Shown: piece by piece, positions 8,792 through 19,879 of the stretch
How positions within the stretch are numbered: position 1 is the first letter of the stretch
How the letters are laid out: each line of letters begins with the position of its first letter
NCBI GenBank assembly: GCA_017625035.1
Contig: JAGALX010000005.1
Span: 10,570-74,569, forward strand
Length of the DNA: 64,000 bases
Origin: Clostridia bacterium
GTDB lineage: Bacteria > Bacillota > Clostridia > TANB77 > CAG-508
Direction: 5' to 3'
Program-made: the position numbers and the translations under genes
Notes under the pieces: model-generated
What the model was told of the DNA's origin: nothing
Database searches by the model: none
Seen by the model: only the letters and a program-made list of their open reading frames with translations

Positions 8792-10330
8792 ATGAATAAT
8801 AAAGAATTAATTTTAATAATAGATTTTTATGGACAATACAACCAATTAATAGCTAGACGTGTACGAGAATGTAATGTATATTCAGAAATTGTACCATTTA
8901 GCACATCAATAGAAAAAATAAAAGAAAAAAATCCAAAAGGAATAATATTTACAGGAGGACCAGCAAGTGTTTATGAAGAAAATGCTCCTATGTGCGCTAA
9001 AGAAATATTTGAGCTTGGTATTCCAGTACTTGGAATTTGCTATGGAATGCAACTTATGACACATATGCTTGGTGGAACAGTTAAAAAAGCAGATAAAAGA
9101 GAATATGGGGTTACAAATGTTTCAATAAATAATTCATCAAAATTATTTGCTGGATTTGAAAATAATAATGATTGCTTAATGAGCCATACAGACTTTGTTG
9201 AAGCTCTTCCACAAGGATTTGAAAATATAGGTTCAACAAATCATTGTCCAAATGCAGCAATGCAAAATACAGAAAAGAACTTTTATGGAATTCAATTCCA
9301 TCCAGAAGTAAATCATACAAATAAAGGAACAGAAATAATAAGAAACTTTATATACAATATTTGTGGATGCTTAGGAAATTGGAAAATGAGCTCTTTTGCT
9401 GAAGAAACAGTAAAAGCATTAAAAGAAAAAATAGGAGATAAAAAGGCTTTATGTGCTTTATCAGGAGGAGTTGATTCATCTGTTGCAGCAGCTTTAATAA
9501 ACAAGGCTATTGGAAAAAATTTAACTTGTATTTTTGTTGATCATGGGCTACTTAGAAAAAACGAAGCTGAAGAAGTTGAAGAAGTGTTCACTAAAAACTT
9601 TGATGTAAACTTTGTTCGTGTAGATGCAAAAGATAGATTTTTAAATAAATTAAAAGATGTAACCGATCCAGAGCAAAAAAGAAAAATAATTGGAGAAGAA
9701 TTTATTCGCGTATTTGAAGAAGAAGCTAAAAAAATAGGTACAGTTGATTATTTAGTACAAGGAACAATTTATCCAGATGTAATAGAAAGTGGAGTAGGAG
9801 TTGGAGCAAAAATAAAAAGCCATCACAATGTTGGAGGACTTCCAGACTATGTTGATTTTAAAGAAATAGTAGAGCCACTAAGAGATTTATTTAAAGATGA
9901 AGTAAGAAAAGTAGGTTTAGAGCTTGGTCTTCCAGAATTTTTAGTATATCGTCAACCATTCCCAGGACCAGGTCTTGCGATTCGTGTAATAGGGGATATT
10001 ACAGAAGACAAGTTAGATATATTAAAAGATGCAGATTATATATTCAGAGAAGAAATTGCAAAAGCAAAATTAGATAGAGAAATAAATCAATATTTCGCAG
10101 TATTAACAAATATTAAAAGTGTTGGTGTAATGGGTGATGAAAGAACATATGATTACACAATAGCTTTAAGAGCAGTAACAACATCAGATTTCATGACAGC
10201 AGAATGGACAAAAATTCCATACGAAGTTTTAGAAGTTGTATCTGCTAGAATAGTTAATGAGGTAAAACATGTAAATCGTGTTGTTTATGATATAACAGGA
10301 AAGCCTCCGGCTACTATTGAGTGGGAGTAG
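8792..10330 (+). CDS. guaA: GMP synthase (glutamine-hydrolysing)
   Basis: GATase [14 protein letters not shown]-loop SGGVDSS, C-terminus KPPATIEWE. Start taken at [12 protein letters not shown] (ATG 8792), not the upstream ORF-track start. Confidence 0.93.
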   Translation: MNNKELILIIDFYGQYNQLIARRVRECNVYSEIVPFSTSIEKIKEKNPKGIIFTGGPASVYEENAPMCAKEIFELGIPVLGICYGMQLMTHMLGGTVKKADKREYGVTNVSINNSSKLFAGFENNNDCLMSHTDFVEALPQGFENIGSTNHCPNAAMQNTEKNFYGIQFHPEVNHTNKGTEIIRNFIYNICGCLGNWKMSSFAEETVKALKEKIGDKKALCALSGGVDSSVAAALINKAIGKNLTCIFVDHGLLRKNEAEEVEEVFTKNFDVNFVRVDAKDRFLNKLKDVTDPEQKRKIIGEEFIRVFEEEAKKIGTVDYLVQGTIYPDVIESGVGVGAKIKSHHNVGGLPDYVDFKEIVEPLRDLFKDEVRKVGLELGLPEFLVYRQPFPGPGLAIRVIGDITEDKLDILKDADYIFREEIAKAKLDREINQYFAVLTNIKSVGVMGDERTYDYTIALRAVTTSDFMTAEWTKIPYEVLEVVSARIVNEVKHVNRVVYDITGKPPATIEWE

Positions 10331-10409
10331 GATTTTTAGATAATTTTTATAAGGTTGATGTTATGTAAAAATTATAAAGATTATAAAAATAATAGAATTT
10401 ATACGGAAA

Positions 10410-10431
10410 AAGGATGGCAGTGACCATCCTT
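10410..10431. terminator. bidirectional terminator hairpin between convergent guaA and protease gene
   Basis: aaggatgg-cagtga-ccatcctt. Confidence 0.6.
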
Positions 10432-10442
10432 TAGAATTGGGT

Positions 10443-11177
10443 TTAGGTTCCGAAGAAGTCCTTAATGTCAGTTTTTCTGACAGTCTCGAGGCCAACTAAT
10501 TTTCGCGCAAGCTCATCAATTGGCTTTTGAGAGAGAATTTTATGTGCCATTTGCTTAGCCTCTTTGGCTAATTCTTCACAGGCCGCAACAAATTCTTGTG
10601 ATCCAATTGGAGTGGCGGTCGTTAAAAACGGCCCCATCCCATTGAGAATCATTTCTTTGGCAATCTCAGTGGCCTTCGAGATATCTTTGGATACTCCTGT
10701 AGAGTGACCATCCGGAAAGATTAATTCTTCCGCAACAAAACCACTATAAAGTATTGCCATTTTTTTTAGAAGATGTGCCTTGGTTGGAAATAAAGTGGTA
10801 ACGCTATAGTTAACATGCCCACCTGATACCGTAATGGTTGGAAAAACAGATAGCCGTATGTTTATGCGTATTTTTATGGTTATTATTTCCAAAGAATTAG
10901 GGAAAAGAGTATTGGCTACCAGAGCGTGACCAATTTCGTGTACAGCGATTCTGTATATATCTTCAGGAGTCCGCTGCCTGGCTATTCCAATAGTTGTAAT
11001 AATGCTATATAAAAGCAGTATTAAAGCTATTGCAAAAAGCGGTATTCCAGCAAAATATTGAACATTTCGTGCAAATGATAAGGAACATGCATTTAGTGTT
11101 CCAAGAATCAAAAACACAATTGCCTGAATCAAGGAGATAATAAGAAGAACCGTACCTAAAAATAGTGGTGTTTTCAT
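10443..11177 (-). CDS. membrane-anchored FtsH-like (peptidase M41-type) zinc metalloprotease domain protein lacking an AAA module; compositionally foreign
   Basis: Two N-terminal TM helices, HEIGH zinc motif, M41-like ..LYSGFVAEELIF..STGVSKDISKATEIAKEMI. Clearly higher G+C than flanks. SD ggaggt upstream. Confidence 0.7.
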   Translation of the reverse strand: MKTPLFLGTVLLIISLIQAIVFLILGTLNACSLSFARNVQYFAGIPLFAIALILLLYSIITTIGIARQRTPEDIYRIAVHEIGHALVANTLFPNSLEIITIKIRINIRLSVFPTITVSGGHVNYSVTTLFPTKAHLLKKMAILYSGFVAEELIFPDGHSTGVSKDISKATEIAKEMILNGMGPFLTTATPIGSQEFVAACEELAKEAKQMAHKILSQKPIDELARKLVGLETVRKTDIKDFFGT

Positions 11178-11340
11178 AACGAAAACCTCCTAATTGTAAA
11201 AATTTACTAGTAGTATACCATATTACGAAGTTCTATGCAATATAATTATGTAAAAATGTTATTTTTTTGAACATACATTGCAATTAAAAAATTAACAATA
11301 AAATGATATAATACCACCAGATAGAATATAATTATATTCT

Positions 11341-11733
11341 ATCTTACATTAATACCTCTGAAAGGTGAAAAAAATTATGATTAAATTTACAAAAATGCAT
11401 GGGCTAGGAAATGATTATGTTTATATAGATGCTACATCCAAAACTGGGCAAAAAATCCAAAACGAATCTGACCTAGCTAAATTTGTCAGCAACAGACACT
11501 TCGGAATTGGTTCAGATGGGCTAATTCTAATATGTGACAGTCAAATCGCAGATTTTAAAATGAGAATGTTTAACTACGATGGAAGTGAAGCAGAAATGTG
11601 TGGTAATGGAATAAGGTGTGTTGGAAAATTTGTATATGACAAAGGTCTAACAAATAAAGAAATTATCACAGTAAAAACTTTAGCAGGAATAAAGATATTA
11701 AAAATTAATATTAAAGAAGAAAAAGTAGAATCA
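11341..11733 (+). repeat. direct repeat copy 1 (dapF RBS + first ~119 codons)
   Basis: Near-identical to 12689-13085 (a few substitutions, one 4-nt indel near the start). Confidence 0.9.
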
Positions 11734-11760
11734 ATTTCTTTCATAACTAAGGCTGACTAG
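11377..11760 (+). pseudogene. truncated 5' duplicate of dapF (diaminopimelate epimerase fragment)
   Basis: [18 protein letters not shown]...MCGNGIRC identical to full dapF, then diverges (..[11 protein letters not shown]) at the cassette junction. Confidence 0.8.
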
Positions 11761-11864
11761 TAACCAATAGAAACAAAAAATCATGATTCTTGTGAAAAAA
11801 TAGTAGTAAATTTTTTTGGAAAATGCTATAATAATAATGTATATGAACGAAAGGATGAATTGTA

Positions 11865-12317
11865 ATGGATAATATAGAGTTAATAAAATTCTGGACAGAA
11901 AGTTCTGATAGAGATTATGAATCAATGATGAAAAATTATGAAGCAAAACAATATACTTGGTCGTTATTTATTGGGCATTTAGTATTAGAAAAATTGTTAA
12001 AAGCAATATATGCAAAAGTAAATAGTGACAATCCATATTCACCTAAAATTCATAATTTAAATATTATAGCTAAAAAATGTGGATTAGAATTAGATGAACA
12101 TCAGGTTAAGATATTATTTACTTGTAACTCATTTAATATAAATGCAAGATATGAAGACTATAAAAATGAATTTTATAAAAAATGTACTGATGAATATACA
12201 ATAAATCAAATTAAAAATATCCAAGAAATGCGAGAGCTTTTCAAAAATATACTTAAAACAAATGAACCAGAAATTGAAAATGATAAAGAAACAATGATAG
12301 AAACAGAAGAAAAATAA
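11865..12317 (+). CDS. HEPN domain protein (toxin-like partner of MNT)
   Basis: HEPN (PF05168-like) pattern ..HLVLEKLLKAIY..PKIHNLNII..NARYEDY. Directly followed by a minimal nucleotidyltransferase. Confidence 0.7.
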   Translation: MDNIELIKFWTESSDRDYESMMKNYEAKQYTWSLFIGHLVLEKLLKAIYAKVNSDNPYSPKIHNLNIIAKKCGLELDEHQVKILFTCNSFNINARYEDYKNEFYKKCTDEYTINQIKNIQEMRELFKNILKTNEPEIENDKETMIETEEK

Positions 12318-12344
12318 GAATTGTTATTTAAGGAGGTGCTAACT

Positions 12345-12662
12345 ATGACTAATAAAGTAGTTAATAAAGATATTGTTGAAATTATAAAAAAATATATAAA
12401 TGAAATTTCTAAAAAATTTGAAGTTAAATCAGTATATCTTTTCGGATCTTATGCAAAGGGAACAAATCATAACGATAGTGATATAGATATTGCTGTTATA
12501 TTGGAAAGTGAAGAAGATACAATAGATCTAATGGTAGAATTAATGATGTTAACACAAAATATTGATTTGCGAATAGAACCACATCCAATAAAAAATGAGG
12601 ATTTTGAAGAGGGTAATCCATTTATAGATGAGATTAAAAATACAGGATTAAAAGTAGCTTAA
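12345..12662 (+). CDS. minimal nucleotidyltransferase (MNT) domain protein
   Basis: LFGSYAKGTNHNDSDIDIAVIL = GSxxxG..SDxD NTase motif. aggagg 8 nt upstream of ATG 12345. Confidence 0.8.
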   Translation: MTNKVVNKDIVEIIKKYINEISKKFEVKSVYLFGSYAKGTNHNDSDIDIAVILESEEDTIDLMVELMMLTQNIDLRIEPHPIKNEDFEEGNPFIDEIKNTGLKVA

Positions 12663-12688
12663 AAAGTAAAAGACAGAGAACTTATTGT

Positions 12689-13085
12689 ATCTTACTTATA
12701 TTAATACCTCTGAAAGGTGGAAAAAATTATGATTAAATTTACAAAAATGCATGGGCTAGGGAATGATTATGTTTATATAGATGCTACATCCAAAACTGGG
12801 CAAAAAATCCAAAACAAATCTGACCTAGCTAAATTTGTCAGCAACAGACACTTCGGAATTGGTTCAGATGGGCTAATTCTAATATGCGACAGTCAAATCG
12901 CAGATTTTAAAATGAGAATGTTTAACTACGATGGAAGTGAAGCAGAAATGTGTGGTAATGGAATAAGGTGTGTTGGAAAATTTGTATATGACAAAGGACT
13001 AACAAATAAAGAAATTATCACAGTAGAAACTTTAGCAGGAATAAAGATATTAAAATTTAATATCAAAGAAGGAAAAGTAGAATCA
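12689..13085 (+). repeat. direct repeat copy 2 (start of intact dapF)
   Basis: See 11341-11733. Confidence 0.9.
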
Positions 13086-13568
13086 GTAAGGGTAGACATG
13101 GGAGAGCCAATATTAGAACCAGATAAAATTCCTGTGATTTCAAATGAAGAAATAGTAAAAAATCTTGAATTAAAAGCATTGGATAAAAGCTTTAAATTTA
13201 CCTGTGTATCAATGGGAAATCCACATGCAATTACAATAGTAGAAAACCTAAAAGAATTTGATATAAATAAATATGGTCCAATTTTAGAATGTGACAAGCA
13301 TTTTCCAAAGAGAGCAAACATAGAATTTATAGAATTAGCAGACAAAAACAAAATAAAAATGAGAGTATGGGAAAGAGGAGCAGGAGAAACTTTAGCCTGT
13401 GGAACAGGAGCATGTGCGTCAGTAGTAGCATGTAATTCAAATGGATATACTGAAAAACAAGTTACAGTAGAGTTATTAGGCGGAAACTTAAATATAGAAT
13501 GGAACGAAAAAGACAATCACATATATATGACAGGCCCAGCCACAACAGTATTCGAAGGAGAATTTTAG
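12729..13568 (+). CDS. dapF: diaminopimelate epimerase
   Basis: [10 protein letters not shown], catalytic Cys motifs MCGNGIRC and ACGTGACA. Full length. Confidence 0.93.
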   Translation: MIKFTKMHGLGNDYVYIDATSKTGQKIQNKSDLAKFVSNRHFGIGSDGLILICDSQIADFKMRMFNYDGSEAEMCGNGIRCVGKFVYDKGLTNKEIITVETLAGIKILKFNIKEGKVESVRVDMGEPILEPDKIPVISNEEIVKNLELKALDKSFKFTCVSMGNPHAITIVENLKEFDINKYGPILECDKHFPKRANIEFIELADKNKIKMRVWERGAGETLACGTGACASVVACNSNGYTEKQVTVELLGGNLNIEWNEKDNHIYMTGPATTVFEGEF

Positions 13569-13594
13569 GGAAATGGGGACGGTTCTAATTTCCC
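13568..13594 (+). repeat. conserved intergenic hairpin motif, copy 2
   Basis: gggaaatggggacggttctaatttccc: 7-bp stem gggaaat/atttccc with a 13-nt loop shared with copy 1. Confidence 0.5.
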
Positions 13595-13689
13595 ATATTT
13601 GGGAAAAAGGGACAGAGCTTTATTCAATAGTAACAAACTATGTATTAAAGAAACATTTAACAAATAAAGGTTTAAAGGAGAAAGTTTTT

Positions 13690-14928
13690 ATGATAAAAAT
13701 AAATGAAAATTTTTTAGATTTACAAGATAGTTACTTATTTTCAACTATTGCAAAAAAAGTAGCAAAATTTCAGGAAGAAAATCCAAATAAAAAGGTAATA
13801 AAATTAGGAATAGGAGATGTAACACTTCCACTTGCAGATGCTTGTGTAAGCGCAATGAAAAAAGCGGCAGATGACTTATCAAAAAAAGAAAATTTCAAAG
13901 GATATGGCCCAGAGCAAGGATATGATTTCTTACGAGAAAAAATAGTAGATATAGATTTTAAATCAAGAGGAATTCAAATTGAAAAAGATGAAATATTCGT
14001 ATCAGATGGAGCAAAATGTGATACAGGAAATATAGTTGATATATTTTCAAAAAATAACAAGGTAGCAATAACAGATCCAGTTTATCCAGTATATTTAGAC
14101 ACAAATATAATGTCAGGTAGATCAGGAAAATATAATAAAGAAACTGGTAAATATGAAAATATAATTTATATGCCATGTATTTCAGAAAATAATTTTGAAC
14201 CAAGTTTTCCATCAGAAGCACCAGATATGATATATTTATGTATGCCAAATAATCCAACAGGAACCGTACTTACAAAAGATCAATTATCAAAATGGGTAGA
14301 ATATGCAAAAAAAAATAAATCAATAATTTTATTTGACGCAGCATATGAAGCATTTATAATAGAAGAAAATGTTCCGCATAGTATTTATGAAATAGAAGGA
14401 GCAAAAGAAGTTGCAATAGAATTTAGAAGCTTTTCTAAAACAGCAGGATTTACAGGCGTAAGATGCGGATATACAGTAATTCCAAAAGAACTTAAAGGTT
14501 ATACAGAATCTGGAGAAGAAGTAGCTCTAAATAAATTATGGAATAGAAGACAATGTACAAAATTTAATGGAGCGTCTTATATAACACAAAGAGGAGCAGA
14601 AGCCATTTATACAGAAGAAGGAAGAAAACAAATAAAAGAAAATATATCTTATTATCAAAAAAATGCAAAAATAATAAGAGAAGGATTGCAGAAAGCAGGA
14701 TTTACAGTATATGGAGGAGTAAATGCACCATATATATGGCTTAAATTACCAGAAGGAGTAAAATCTTGGGATTTCTTTGATAAATTGTTAAACGAAGTCG
14801 CAGTAGTAGGAACACCAGGAGTTGGGTTCGGTCCTAGTGGGGAAGGCTATTTTAGATTAACTGCTTTTGGAAGTAGAGAAAATACAATTGAGGCAATGGA
14901 GCGAATTAAGAAAATCAACGAAGTATAA
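13690..14928 (+). CDS. dapL: LL-diaminopimelate aminotransferase
   Basis: N-terminus [17 protein letters not shown] lysine context [15 protein letters not shown]. Adjacent to dapF. Start at ATG 13690 after aaaggag. Confidence 0.88.
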   Translation: MIKINENFLDLQDSYLFSTIAKKVAKFQEENPNKKVIKLGIGDVTLPLADACVSAMKKAADDLSKKENFKGYGPEQGYDFLREKIVDIDFKSRGIQIEKDEIFVSDGAKCDTGNIVDIFSKNNKVAITDPVYPVYLDTNIMSGRSGKYNKETGKYENIIYMPCISENNFEPSFPSEAPDMIYLCMPNNPTGTVLTKDQLSKWVEYAKKNKSIILFDAAYEAFIIEENVPHSIYEIEGAKEVAIEFRSFSKTAGFTGVRCGYTVIPKELKGYTESGEEVALNKLWNRRQCTKFNGASYITQRGAEAIYTEEGRKQIKENISYYQKNAKIIREGLQKAGFTVYGGVNAPYIWLKLPEGVKSWDFFDKLLNEVAVVGTPGVGFGPSGEGYFRLTAFGSRENTIEAMERIKKINEV

Positions 14929-14973
14929 TTTGTAACTATAATATGGAAGAAGTACTATATAAAATAATTAGTT

Positions 14974-15019
14974 TATACTACAAATTATTATAATTTAAAG
15001 TATAATAATTTGTAGTATA
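14974..15019 (+). terminator. rho-independent terminator (19-bp perfect stem)
   Basis: tatactacaaattattata / tataataatttgtagtata, 8-nt loop. Confidence 0.8.
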
Positions 15020-15110
15020 ATTATTTTGATTCATTATACAAAGCACTTTTCATATTTACTTTCACCTTTTTACAGAATACAAAAAAACTAGAAAATATTA
15101 GCAAAACCAA

Positions 15111-15139
15111 TTGACACTGCCCAAATATTGTTATATAAT
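15111..15139 (+). promoter_or_regulatory. consensus sigma-A promoter of the S10 operon
   Basis: TTGACA 15111-15116, 17-nt spacer, TATAAT 15134-15139. Confidence 0.8.
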
Positions 15140-15145
15140 AGACAG

Positions 15146-15386
15146 GCATGTAAGATTAGCGTAGAAGTAGGATGTGGCTACAGTCTTTGAAATAGCAGGG
15201 CTGGAGGGAACTCCTATGGAGCATGTCATGGCTTAGACCAGGCGGTAAGTTATTTAAATATTAAGCACTTATCCCAAGAAAATCATGCATAAAACTTGGG
15301 TTTATATATTAGGTGTTAATGAAACACCAGGGTGCGTTTATAACTTCCGACTAATAATTTAAAAATTTTAAGGAGGGAAAATTTAC
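15146..15386 (+). promoter_or_regulatory. ~240-nt GC-enriched structured 5' leader of rpsJ operon (possible r-protein autoregulatory leader)
   Basis: Between consensus promoter and rpsJ. Locally GC-rich with hairpins cccaag..cttggg and ggtgt..acacc. No ORF. Confidence 0.45.
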
Positions 15387-15719
15387 ATGGCAACAGTAAA
15401 AGGAAATGCGGTAGCAAGCGAAAAAATCAGAATAAGATTAAAAGCTTATGATCATGTAGTTTTAGAACAGTCTGCTGAAAAAATAGTAGATACTGCTAAA
15501 AAAACAGGAGCAAAAGTTTCAGGTCCTATTCCACTACCAACAGAAAAGGAAATCATAACAATATTACGTTCTCCACACAAACACAAAGACTCAAGAGAAC
15601 AATTTGAAATGAGAACACACAAAAGAGTTATCGATATTCTTTATCCAACACAAAAAACTGTAGACAGTCTAACAAAAATAGACTTACCAGCAGGTGTTGA
15701 TATCGAAATCAAATTATAA
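15387..15719 (+). CDS. rpsJ: 30S ribosomal protein S10
   Basis: [11 protein letters not shown]..; first gene of the S10 cluster. Confidence 0.97.
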   Translation: MATVKGNAVASEKIRIRLKAYDHVVLEQSAEKIVDTAKKTGAKVSGPIPLPTEKEIITILRSPHKHKDSREQFEMRTHKRVIDILYPTQKTVDSLTKIDLPAGVDIEIKL

Positions 15720-15875
15720 TTTAATGAAAATAAGCAATAGCGAAATTTGAATTTAGTTAAAGCTTATGCAAAGAACAAATTTATTTAAATTATTTAGGAA
15801 GGTCTCTATAAGACCAAGCTGATGTACTATTCAAAATAGAAATTAAAATATCAGCCAATAGTATTAGGAGGAAAA

Positions 15876-16502
15876 ATGAAAACTTTAATAGGAAAAAAAG
15901 TTGGAATGACTCAAATATTTGATGAAAAAGGAAAAGTTATTCCAGTAACAGTTATCGAAGCTGGTCCTTGTGTAGTAGCACAAGTTAAATCAGTTGAAAC
16001 AGATGGATACAATGCTATCCAATTAGGATTCGGAGATGTAAAAGAATCAAGATTAAACAAACCAGAAAAAGGACATTTTGCAAAAGCAAATATAGCTCCA
16101 AAAAAACATTTAAGAGAATTTAGAGTAGATTCAGTAGAAGGTGTTACTGTAGGAACTGAATTAACAGTAAACGTATTTACTGAAGGAGATAGATTAGACA
16201 TCCAAGGAACAACAAAAGGAAAAGGTTTCCAAGGTGTTATCAAACGTCATGGACAACACAGAGGACCAATGGGACATGGATCTATGTATCATAGAAGACC
16301 AGGTTCAATGGGAGCAACATCAACTCCAGGTAGAGTATTCAAAGGTAAAAAATTACCAGGACATATGGGAAAAGTTACTGTAACAATACAAAACTTAGAT
16401 GTTGTTAAAGTTGATAATGACAAAAATGTTGTATTAGTAAAAGGTAGCGTACCTGGACCTAAAGGTGCAATATTAAAATTAAAAACAAGTGTAAAAGCAT
16501 AA
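15876..16502 (+). CDS. rplC: 50S ribosomal protein L3
   Basis: [14 protein letters not shown]..; cluster order. Confidence 0.97.
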   Translation: MKTLIGKKVGMTQIFDEKGKVIPVTVIEAGPCVVAQVKSVETDGYNAIQLGFGDVKESRLNKPEKGHFAKANIAPKKHLREFRVDSVEGVTVGTELTVNVFTEGDRLDIQGTTKGKGFQGVIKRHGQHRGPMGHGSMYHRRPGSMGATSTPGRVFKGKKLPGHMGKVTVTIQNLDVVKVDNDKNVVLVKGSVPGPKGAILKLKTSVKA

Positions 16503-16518
16503 GGAAGGAGGAAATATA

Positions 16519-17142
16519 ATGCCAAGTATAGATGTATACAATATTGAAGGTAAAAAAGTTAATACAGTTAACTTAAAAGAAGAAATATTTGGAATCGAAC
16601 CAAATGAAGCTGTTGTACATAGTGTATTAGTTAATTTCTTAGCTAATCAAAGACAAGGAACACAAAGTACAAAAACAAGAGCAGAAGTTCGTGGTGGTGG
16701 AAGAAAACCATGGAGACAAAAAGGAACTGGTAGAGCAAGACAAGGAAGTATCAGAGCTCCACAATGGATTAAAGGTGGTATAGCTTTAGGACCAAAACCT
16801 CGTTCTTATGTATATACAGTTAATAAAAAAGAAAAAAGATTAGCAATAAAATCTTTATTAAGCTCAAAAGTATTAGAAAACGAATTAGTAGTTGTAGATG
16901 CTTTGGATTTAAAAGAAATCAAAACAAATGCTATGGTTAAAGCTTTAAATAACCTAAAAGTAGAAGGAAAAACATTAATATTATTACCAGAAAAGAACGA
17001 AACAGTTCAAAAATCTGCAAGAAATATTGAAAATGTAAAAACTACTTTAGTAAATACAATAAACGTATATGATTTATTAAAATACAGCAAATTAGTTGTA
17101 ACATTAGATACAGTTAAAAAATTAGAGGAGGTGTACGCTTAA
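16519..17142 (+). CDS. rplD: 50S ribosomal protein L4
   Basis: ..RGGGRKPWRQKGTGRARQGS.. Confidence 0.97.
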   Translation: MPSIDVYNIEGKKVNTVNLKEEIFGIEPNEAVVHSVLVNFLANQRQGTQSTKTRAEVRGGGRKPWRQKGTGRARQGSIRAPQWIKGGIALGPKPRSYVYTVNKKEKRLAIKSLLSSKVLENELVVVDALDLKEIKTNAMVKALNNLKVEGKTLILLPEKNETVQKSARNIENVKTTLVNTINVYDLLKYSKLVVTLDTVKKLEEVYA

Positions 17143-17487
17143 ATGTTACCAGAAGATATTATAATAGAACCAATTATTACTGAAAAAAGTAATAATGAAC
17201 TTCAAGGTGGAAAGTATACTTTCAAAGTAAACAAAAAAGCTACAAAAGTTGATATAGCAAGAGCTGTAGAAAAACTTTTTGATGTTAGAGTATTAGATGT
17301 AAATACTATATCAGTACCAGGAAAACAAAAAAGAGTAGGAAGATCAGTAGGAATGACTTCTTCATGGAAAAAAGCTATAGTTACTATAGACACAGATCCA
17401 CAAGCTAAAACATATTTAGCTAAAGGTGGAAAAACTAAAAAAGTTTCAAAATCAGTTAAAAATTCAATTGATGCATACGGAATTTAA
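17143..17487 (+). CDS. rplW: 50S ribosomal protein L23 (with ~20-aa C-terminal extension)
   Basis: IIEPIITEKS..YTFKV..; cluster order. Confidence 0.95.
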   Translation: MLPEDIIIEPIITEKSNNELQGGKYTFKVNKKATKVDIARAVEKLFDVRVLDVNTISVPGKQKRVGRSVGMTSSWKKAIVTIDTDPQAKTYLAKGGKTKKVSKSVKNSIDAYGI

Positions 17488-17547
17488 TTATTAAAAATGA
17501 TATCGAGAAAGAACTCGGAAAATAAATTATAAAGGAGAGATTTAAAA

Positions 17548-18375
17548 ATGGGAATGAAACATTTTAACCCAACAACTCCATCACTAAGAAACATGACAGT
17601 TTCTACATTTGATGAAATAACAAAAAAGACTCCTGAAAAATCTTTATTAACAACAAAGAAAAAACATTCAGGAAGAAACGCATATGGTAGAATAACTGTA
17701 CGTCACCAAGGTGGAGGAAACAGACAAAAATATAGAATAGTAGATTTTAAAAGAAGAAAAGATGATATGCCAGCAACTGTAATTGGAATCGAATATGATC
17801 CAAACAGAAGTGCTAACATAGCATTAATCGAATATGAAGATGGAGAAAGAGCTTATATATTAGCTCCAATCGGATTAACAGACGGAAACAAAGTAGTATC
17901 TGGAGAAAAAGCAGATATTAAACCAGGAAACTGTATGAAAATAGAAAGTATCCCAGTTGGTACAATGATTCATAACATCGAATTAAATCCAGGTCAAGGT
18001 GGAAAATTAGTTAGAGCAGCAGGTCAAGAAGCTCAATTAATGGCTAAAGAAGGAAAATATGCTCATGTAAGACTTCCATCAGGAGAAATGAGATTAGTTA
18101 TGGCTAAATGTAGAGCTACTATAGGAACTATAGGTAATGCAGACCATGAAAACGTTAATGTTGGTAAAGCTGGTAAAACAAGACATATGGGAATCAGACC
18201 AACAGTAAGAGGATCTGTTATGAACCCATGCGATCACCCTCATGGTGGTGGTGAAGGTAGAGCTCCAGTAGGACATAGCGGACCAATGACACCTTGGGGT
18301 AAACCAGCACTTGGATACAAAACAAGAAAACGTAATAAACAATCAAACAAATTTATCGTTAAGAGAAGAAAATAA
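17548..18375 (+). CDS. rplB: 50S ribosomal protein L2
   Basis: ..[14 protein letters not shown].. Confidence 0.97.
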   Translation: MGMKHFNPTTPSLRNMTVSTFDEITKKTPEKSLLTTKKKHSGRNAYGRITVRHQGGGNRQKYRIVDFKRRKDDMPATVIGIEYDPNRSANIALIEYEDGERAYILAPIGLTDGNKVVSGEKADIKPGNCMKIESIPVGTMIHNIELNPGQGGKLVRAAGQEAQLMAKEGKYAHVRLPSGEMRLVMAKCRATIGTIGNADHENVNVGKAGKTRHMGIRPTVRGSVMNPCDHPHGGGEGRAPVGHSGPMTPWGKPALGYKTRKRNKQSNKFIVKRRK

Positions 18376-18526
18376 GATTAGCTGTTAACAAGCGACAGTG
18401 AGTTTTACAGATATCTTATGCAATCGAACGCATGTGAGATTGTAAACCTTAAAAAGAGAATAAATACGAATAACGTAATCAAATTATATATTAAAAAATA
18501 CAAATAATAAGGAGGGAAATTTTAAT

Positions 18527-18802
18527 ATGTCAAGATCAAGCAAAAAAATGCCTTATGTTTCTCCAAAGCTTTTAGCTAGAATAGAGAAAATGAATGAAAC
18601 TGGAGAAAAAGAAGTTTTAAAAACATGGTCAAGAGCTTCTACTATATATCCACAAATGGTTGGACACACAATAGCTGTTCATGATGGTAGAAAACATGTA
18701 CCTGTTTACTTAACAGAGGAAATGATAGGACATAAATTAGGAGAATTTGCTCCTACAAGAACATATAAAGGACACGCTGGAGACAAAACAACAAAAAAAT
18801 AA
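18527..18802 (+). CDS. rpsS: 30S ribosomal protein S19
   Basis: ..[26 protein letters not shown]. Confidence 0.97.
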   Translation: MSRSSKKMPYVSPKLLARIEKMNETGEKEVLKTWSRASTIYPQMVGHTIAVHDGRKHVPVYLTEEMIGHKLGEFAPTRTYKGHAGDKTTKK

Positions 18803-18837
18803 AAGTGAGTTCTTAAAAGTATAAGGAGGGAAATAAA

Positions 18838-19197
18838 GTGGAAGAAAACCAAGTAATGATTCCAGAAGCAGTGGCAACTCTTAAAAATGCTAGAATTTCA
18901 GCTAGAAAAGTTAAAATAGTAGCAGATTTAATAAGAGGAAAAGATGCTAAAGAAGCTTTAGCAATAGTTAAATTTACACCAAAAGCTTCATCAGAAATAA
19001 TAGAAAAATTATTAAAATCAGCTATAGCAAATGCTGAAAATAACCATGGTATGAAATCTAATAACTTATACGTATCTGAAATATTTGCAAACCAAGGTCC
19101 AACAATGAAAAGAATTAGACCAGCTGCAAAAGGTTCAGCAGTAAGAATTAGAAAAAGAACAAGCCATATAACAATTAAATTAAGAGAAAGAGCATAA
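18838..19197 (+). CDS. rplV: 50S ribosomal protein L22
   Basis: [21 protein letters not shown] start 7 nt after aaggaggg (ATG 18856 is an alternative). Confidence 0.93.
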   Translation: MEENQVMIPEAVATLKNARISARKVKIVADLIRGKDAKEALAIVKFTPKASSEIIEKLLKSAIANAENNHGMKSNNLYVSEIFANQGPTMKRIRPAAKGSAVRIRKRTSHITIKLRERA

Positions 19198-19216
19198 GAA
19201 AGGAGGATTTATTAAA

Positions 19217-19879
19217 ATGGGACAAAAAATGGATCCACATGGATTAAGAGTTGGTGTTATCAAAGATTGGAGTTCAAAATGGTACGCTGATTCAAAGAAT
19301 TTTGGTGAATATCTTGTAGAAGATAACAAAATTCGTAAATATATTAAAAAGAAATTATATGTTAGCGGAATTTCAAAAATCGAAATCGAAAGAACTGCTA
19401 AATTTGTTAGAGTAAATGTTTTCACAGCTAAACCAGGATTAGTAATCGGAAAAGGTGGAAATTTAGCTGAAACTTTAAAAGCAGAATTACAAAAAATGAT
19501 AAACAAAGATGTTAACTTAAACATCGTAGAGGTTAAAAATGCTGATATGGATGCACAATTAGTTGCTGAAAATATCGCCGGACAATTAGAAAGAAGAATT
19601 TCATTCAGAAGAGCAATGAAACAATGTATGCAAAAAACTATGAAATCAGGTGCTTTAGGTATTAAAACTGCAGTATCTGGAAGATTAGGTGGAGCAGATA
19701 TGGCTAGAACTGAATTCTATAAAGAAGGTACAATACCACTTCAAACTTTAAGAGCAGATATCGATTACGGATTTGCAGAAGCTGATACAACTTATGGAAA
19801 AATAGGTGTAAAAGTTTGGATATATAAAGGAGAAGTTCTTCCAACTAAAAAAGATAAAGTGGAAGGAGGAGAAAAATAA
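19217..19879 (+). CDS. rpsC: 30S ribosomal protein S3
   Basis: [13 protein letters not shown]..; KH domain. Confidence 0.97.
   Translation: MGQKMDPHGLRVGVIKDWSSKWYADSKNFGEYLVEDNKIRKYIKKKLYVSGISKIEIERTAKFVRVNVFTAKPGLVIGKGGNLAETLKAELQKMINKDVNLNIVEVKNADMDAQLVAENIAGQLERRISFRRAMKQCMQKTMKSGALGIKTAVSGRLGGADMARTEFYKEGTIPLQTLRADIDYGFAEADTTYGKIGVKVWIYKGEVLPTKKDKVEGGEK

Noticed and set aside
15146-15386. T-box riboswitch, SRP RNA or 6S RNA identity for the rpsJ leader
   Set aside because: accagggtgcgttt only superficially resembles the T-box GGGUGGNACCGCG. No specifier or AGAGA elements, no SRP domain IV GGAA/AGCA motifs, and the context (immediately upstream of rpsJ) does not fit.
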